Part shown: positions 60,117 through 64,000 of the stretch, piece by piece
How the letters are laid out: every line of letters begins with the position of its first letter
Numbering within the stretch: position 1 is the first letter of the stretch
Source of the DNA: Vicinamibacterales bacterium
GTDB lineage: Bacteria > Acidobacteriota > Vicinamibacteria > Vicinamibacterales > UBA2999
DNA length: 64,000 nt
Assembly (NCBI GenBank): GCA_040081265.1
Contig: JBEBGV010000003.1
Span: 1,115-65,114 of the forward strand
Direction of reading: 5' to 3'
Made by a program: the position numbers and the translations under genes
Notes under the pieces: model-generated
Told to the model about the DNA's origin: nothing
The model's database searches: none
What the model saw: only the letters and a program-made list of their open reading frames with translations

Positions 60117-60710
60117 ATGCAGCTCACAGACCTTCTTGCGCAGTCGGGCGGTCTCTCGTCGATGGCACGGGAGCTTGGCGTCAGCGAATCCCAGGCCGCC
60201 AGCGGCGCCGCTGCACTGCTGCCGGCAATTCTTGGCGGCTTCAAGAAGCAGGCGCAGGCGCAGCCGACCGGGCTCGATGGACTGGGCGGTCTCATTGGTG
60301 CTCTTGGTGGAGGTGGACTCCTCGATGATGTGCTGTCGCCCCAACCCACCAACGTGGGTCGTGGCAACGATGTCCTGGGGCAGATCTTCGGCTCGAAGGA
60401 CGTGAGCCGATCGGTGGCGCAGAATGCGGCGTCGCAGTCGGGCCTCGATCCGGCTTTGCTCAAGAAGATGTTGCCGATGCTGGCGATGCTTGTGACCGGC
60501 TTCATGGCGAAGCAGGCTGGTGCCGCGGCGGCTCCCGCTGCCTCCGGAGGAGGGCTGGGCGATCTGCTGGGCGGGCTGCTTGGTGGCTCGGGTGCTGCGG
60601 CCCAGCGTGGGGCAGTGGCGTCAGGCGGCCTCGGATCCATGCTCGACATGAACGGCGACGGCAACGCGCTCGACGACATCCTGCGGATGGCCGGCAAGGC
60701 GTTCCGATGA
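60117..60710 (+). CDS. DUF937-like protein
   Basis: 197 aa, Gly/Ala/Leu-rich, with repeated GGL segments and the motif LLKKMLPMLAMLV as in DUF937 proteins. Confidence 0.6.
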   Translation: MQLTDLLAQSGGLSSMARELGVSESQAASGAAALLPAILGGFKKQAQAQPTGLDGLGGLIGALGGGGLLDDVLSPQPTNVGRGNDVLGQIFGSKDVSRSVAQNAASQSGLDPALLKKMLPMLAMLVTGFMAKQAGAAAAPAASGGGLGDLLGGLLGGSGAAAQRGAVASGGLGSMLDMNGDGNALDDILRMAGKAFR

Positions 60711-60805
60711 AACTCAATCCCTACCTGGCCTTCGACGGCCGATGTCGTGAAGGTGCAGCTGCCGTATCAGGCGACGTTCTGGGCCAACAGCTGATCGGCA
60801 ACTAG
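60707..60805 (+). pseudogene. degraded remnant of a PhnB/YjdN-like (VOC superfamily) gene
   Basis: The ATG at 60707 overlaps the upstream stop and encodes MKLNPYLAFDGRCREG, a typical N-terminus of this family. From about 60744, a different frame encodes VQLPYQATFWAN, which resembles the family's near-C-terminal ETFWA motif. Only about 90 nt remain. Confidence 0.5.
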
Positions 60806-60830
60806 CAGAAGCAGAGCGCCCACGCTCTCA

Positions 60831-61418
60831 ATGAGCATCGAGATTCGACGCGGGACGGCGGAAGGGCTCAGCCAGTACGCGCGCGTCTCGATTGCCTTTG
60901 AGGTCACTCAGGTCTACGACGTCACGACCAGGCCAGGCGATCGACTAGATCTCATCGTTCGCCAGCTGGCCGAACCTTACGCCAAGGACTACGACGCGGT
61001 CGGGGAGCCTCCGACCGAGTGGCCTCGTCAGTTCGATATCTCGCCGTGGAGCTTTTTCGCCGCGTTTGAGCACGGCCGACGGGTCGGGGGTGCGACCGTC
61101 GCGTGTCGAACGCCCAGTCTCGACATGCTCGAGGGTCGCCACGACCTCGTAGTGCTCTGGGACATTCGCGTGGCGCCATCAGCACGGCGACGAGGCGTTG
61201 GCGCCGCTCTGTTCAGTGCCGCCACTGAGTGGGCCGCCGCCACCGGCTATCAGGAACTCAAGGTCGAGACGCAGAACGTCAACGTGCCGGCCTGCCGGTT
61301 CTATGAACGTCACGGCTGCGTGCTTCGTTCTGCCAACCGGGGCATGTATGCAGAACTGCCGGAGGAAATTCAACTTCTCTGGTACAAGCGCCTTGCTCCT
61401 GTTCCCGAAAGCTCTTAG
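60831..61418 (+). CDS. GNAT acetyltransferase resembling streptothricin N-acetyltransferases
   Basis: 195 aa. The pattern AKDYD ... FDISPWSFF ... DLVVLWDIRVAPSARRRGVGAALF ... LKVETQNVNVPACRFYERHGC ... LLWYKRL matches my recollection of Sat/STAT-type GNATs. Confidence 0.7.
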   Translation: MSIEIRRGTAEGLSQYARVSIAFEVTQVYDVTTRPGDRLDLIVRQLAEPYAKDYDAVGEPPTEWPRQFDISPWSFFAAFEHGRRVGGATVACRTPSLDMLEGRHDLVVLWDIRVAPSARRRGVGAALFSAATEWAAATGYQELKVETQNVNVPACRFYERHGCVLRSANRGMYAELPEEIQLLWYKRLAPVPESS

Positions 61419-61546
61419 GCCGGCAACAGTGGAGCAGATGGGAGATGGACTCCGGCGATCCGTCCGGAAGCGCTATGCCGGGGACCCTAGTTCGGGCTGA
61501 GGTGGTGTGAGACTTCTGACAGTCCCGAGCCGACAGCTGTTTCACG

Positions 61547-61609
61547 CGCTATTTGGCGCGTCGCGTTCCCTATCTGCCACGTCGCGCCCCATATTCGCGG
61601 CGTCGGTGA
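61547..61609 (+). repeat. three contiguous 21-nt direct repeats; further degenerate copies nearby
   Basis: The three units are CGCTATTTGGCGCGTCGCGTT, CCCTATCTGCCACGTCGCGCC and CCATATTCGCGGCGTCGGTGA. Related copies begin near 61471, 61671, 61710 and 61733. Confidence 0.7.
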
Positions 61610-61636
61610 AGTCTGGCTTATGTCGCGTGCCATACG

Positions 61637-61651
61637 ATAACGACTCGTTAT
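61637..61651. promoter_or_regulatory. AT-rich 15-bp palindrome ATAACGA-C-TCGTTAT
   Basis: The 7-bp arms are perfect. It lies in the middle of the 61.4-62.0 kb non-coding island and has an operator-like shape. No function is known. Confidence 0.3.
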
Positions 61652-61971
61652 GGGCCACGCGTGTCCCGTCCGCTATTCGGCCTGTCGCGCGCGGTACCGG
61701 CCCGTCTGGCGCTATATCGGCACTGCACCGGGGCTATTGGCCGTGTCGGTCTCCGTACCGGCGCGTCCGAACCGCCAGCCCTTCCGTTTCGATCCCTGCC
61801 GGCTCCGCACGGAGCTCAGGCGGCCCGTCCGCGCTGGTACCGAGGTGACACGCGCGCCAGAACCCGTGGCGCTCCTGATATTGCGGCTGCAGCACGCAGG
61901 AACCCTGCCGCAGAAGGGAGTGATCCGTATGCAGGTGGCTCCGGAAGCGTGACGCGCTCCCAAACGATAAA

Positions 61972-62523
61972 ATGCGTCCCACACCCCCCGCCGCGAATGC
62001 GATGAAGATGGAGACCGAGGTGCGCCCCGCGATGCCAGGCGACACACACGCCGTGTCGTCGATTCTGTTCGAGGCCGCGGCGTGGCTCGAGCAGCGGGGC
62101 ATGGGCATGTGGCGCAGCGATGAACTGGTGCCCGAGCACATTGCACGGCAGGTGGGCGAGGGGCTCTTCGTGCTGGCTGAGTGTCACGGGAATCCCGCTG
62201 GCATCCTGCGATTCCAGCTTTCCGATCCGCTGTTCTGGCCCGATCAGCCTGAGTCCGACGCGGCGTATGTCCATCGACTCGCCGTGCGGCGGCAGTACGC
62301 CGGCGGCGACGTCTCATCGACGTTGTTGTCGTGGGCTGTCGAACGTACACGGGCGCTGGGACGACCCTTCCTTCGCCTCGACTGTGAGGCCTCCCGGCCT
62401 CGGCTGCGAGCCGTCTACGAACGGTTCGGATTTCAGCACCACAGCGACCTGCAGGTGGGCCCGTATTTCGTGGCGCGGTATCAGTTGGCGATCTGCCCCC
62501 TAACCCCTGACCCGTTATACTGA
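61972..62523 (+). CDS. GNAT-family N-acetyltransferase
   Basis: The acetyl-CoA region reads [20 protein letters not shown]. The start is uncertain, with ATGs at 61972, 62002 and 62008. Confidence 0.7.
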   Translation: MRPTPPAANAMKMETEVRPAMPGDTHAVSSILFEAAAWLEQRGMGMWRSDELVPEHIARQVGEGLFVLAECHGNPAGILRFQLSDPLFWPDQPESDAAYVHRLAVRRQYAGGDVSSTLLSWAVERTRALGRPFLRLDCEASRPRLRAVYERFGFQHHSDLQVGPYFVARYQLAICPLTPDPLY

Positions 62524-62533
62524 TCCCTTCCCC

Positions 62534-64000
<1,467 letters not shown>

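Noticed and set aside
58958-60697. 579-aa ORF on the minus strand
   Set aside because: It is antisense to the large M16 peptidase and the DUF937 gene. The sequence is Pro/Arg/Ala-rich nonsense.
61547-61753. Possible CRISPR array
   Set aside because: The units are only about 21 nt, contiguous or irregularly spaced, degenerate and without unique spacers. No cas genes are in the window.
61507-61848. 113-aa plus-strand ORF with an apparent 7-residue periodicity
   Set aside because: The periodicity simply reflects the 21-nt DNA repeat. GC3 is much lower than in real genes of this window, and the sequence has no protein-like features.
61430-61970. Known structured RNA (RNase P, tmRNA, 6S or a riboswitch) in the large intergenic region
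   Set aside because: I could not find the universally conserved motifs of these RNAs by eye. The question remains open and needs a covariance-model scan.

Overview
This is a high-GC, densely coding bacterial chromosomal segment. By inference from gene content only, it probably comes from an Acidobacteriota-like organism. The supporting content is a CarboxypepD_reg-type TonB-dependent receptor, a Ser/Thr kinase fused to a TolB-like propeller, a Y_Y_Y propeller sensor kinase and many secreted hypothetical proteins.

Most of the window is housekeeping. Gene order runs as follows:
- Minus strand: tlyA-ispA-xseB-xseA-ymdB-hsp20, divergent from dnaK-hsp20-rpoZ.
- A LuxR-type two-component pair, divergent from a TonB-dependent receptor plus a sulfatase.
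- gatCA.
- lpxD and lpxB, separated by an outer-membrane protein and an M16 protease pair.
- A secreted-protein / matrixin / outer-membrane-protein trio.
- An osmoprotectant-type ABC transporter, then acnA.
- A Ser/Thr kinase, queG and yqgE.
- A block of secreted or metal-related hypotheticals, then typA and mreB.
- A ferredoxin, terC, rsgA, a tandem cyclophilin, cytochrome c-prime and dut-dinB.
- A large M16 peptidase and a DUF937 protein.
- A small decayed accessory patch: a VOC gene remnant, two GNAT acetyltransferases and a roughly 0.5 kb non-coding island.
- The 5' part of ettA.

I recognise no rRNA, tRNA, CRISPR array, integrase, transposase or canonical defense genes. I cannot point to a convincing new multi-gene system.

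The most unusual signals are at small scale:
- A family of REP-like GC hairpins sits directly after stop codons.
- A double-hairpin palindromic segment and a GTAGGCA heptamer run lie in frame inside the kinase gene.
- A (GAAGTGN)x10 heptamer microsatellite lies upstream of gatC.
- A reiterated roughly 21-nt motif fills the 61.5 kb non-coding island.
- Mutually exclusive hairpins lie over the dnaK ribosome-binding region.

Many long ORFs in the supplied track are antisense artefacts of high GC content and were not called.
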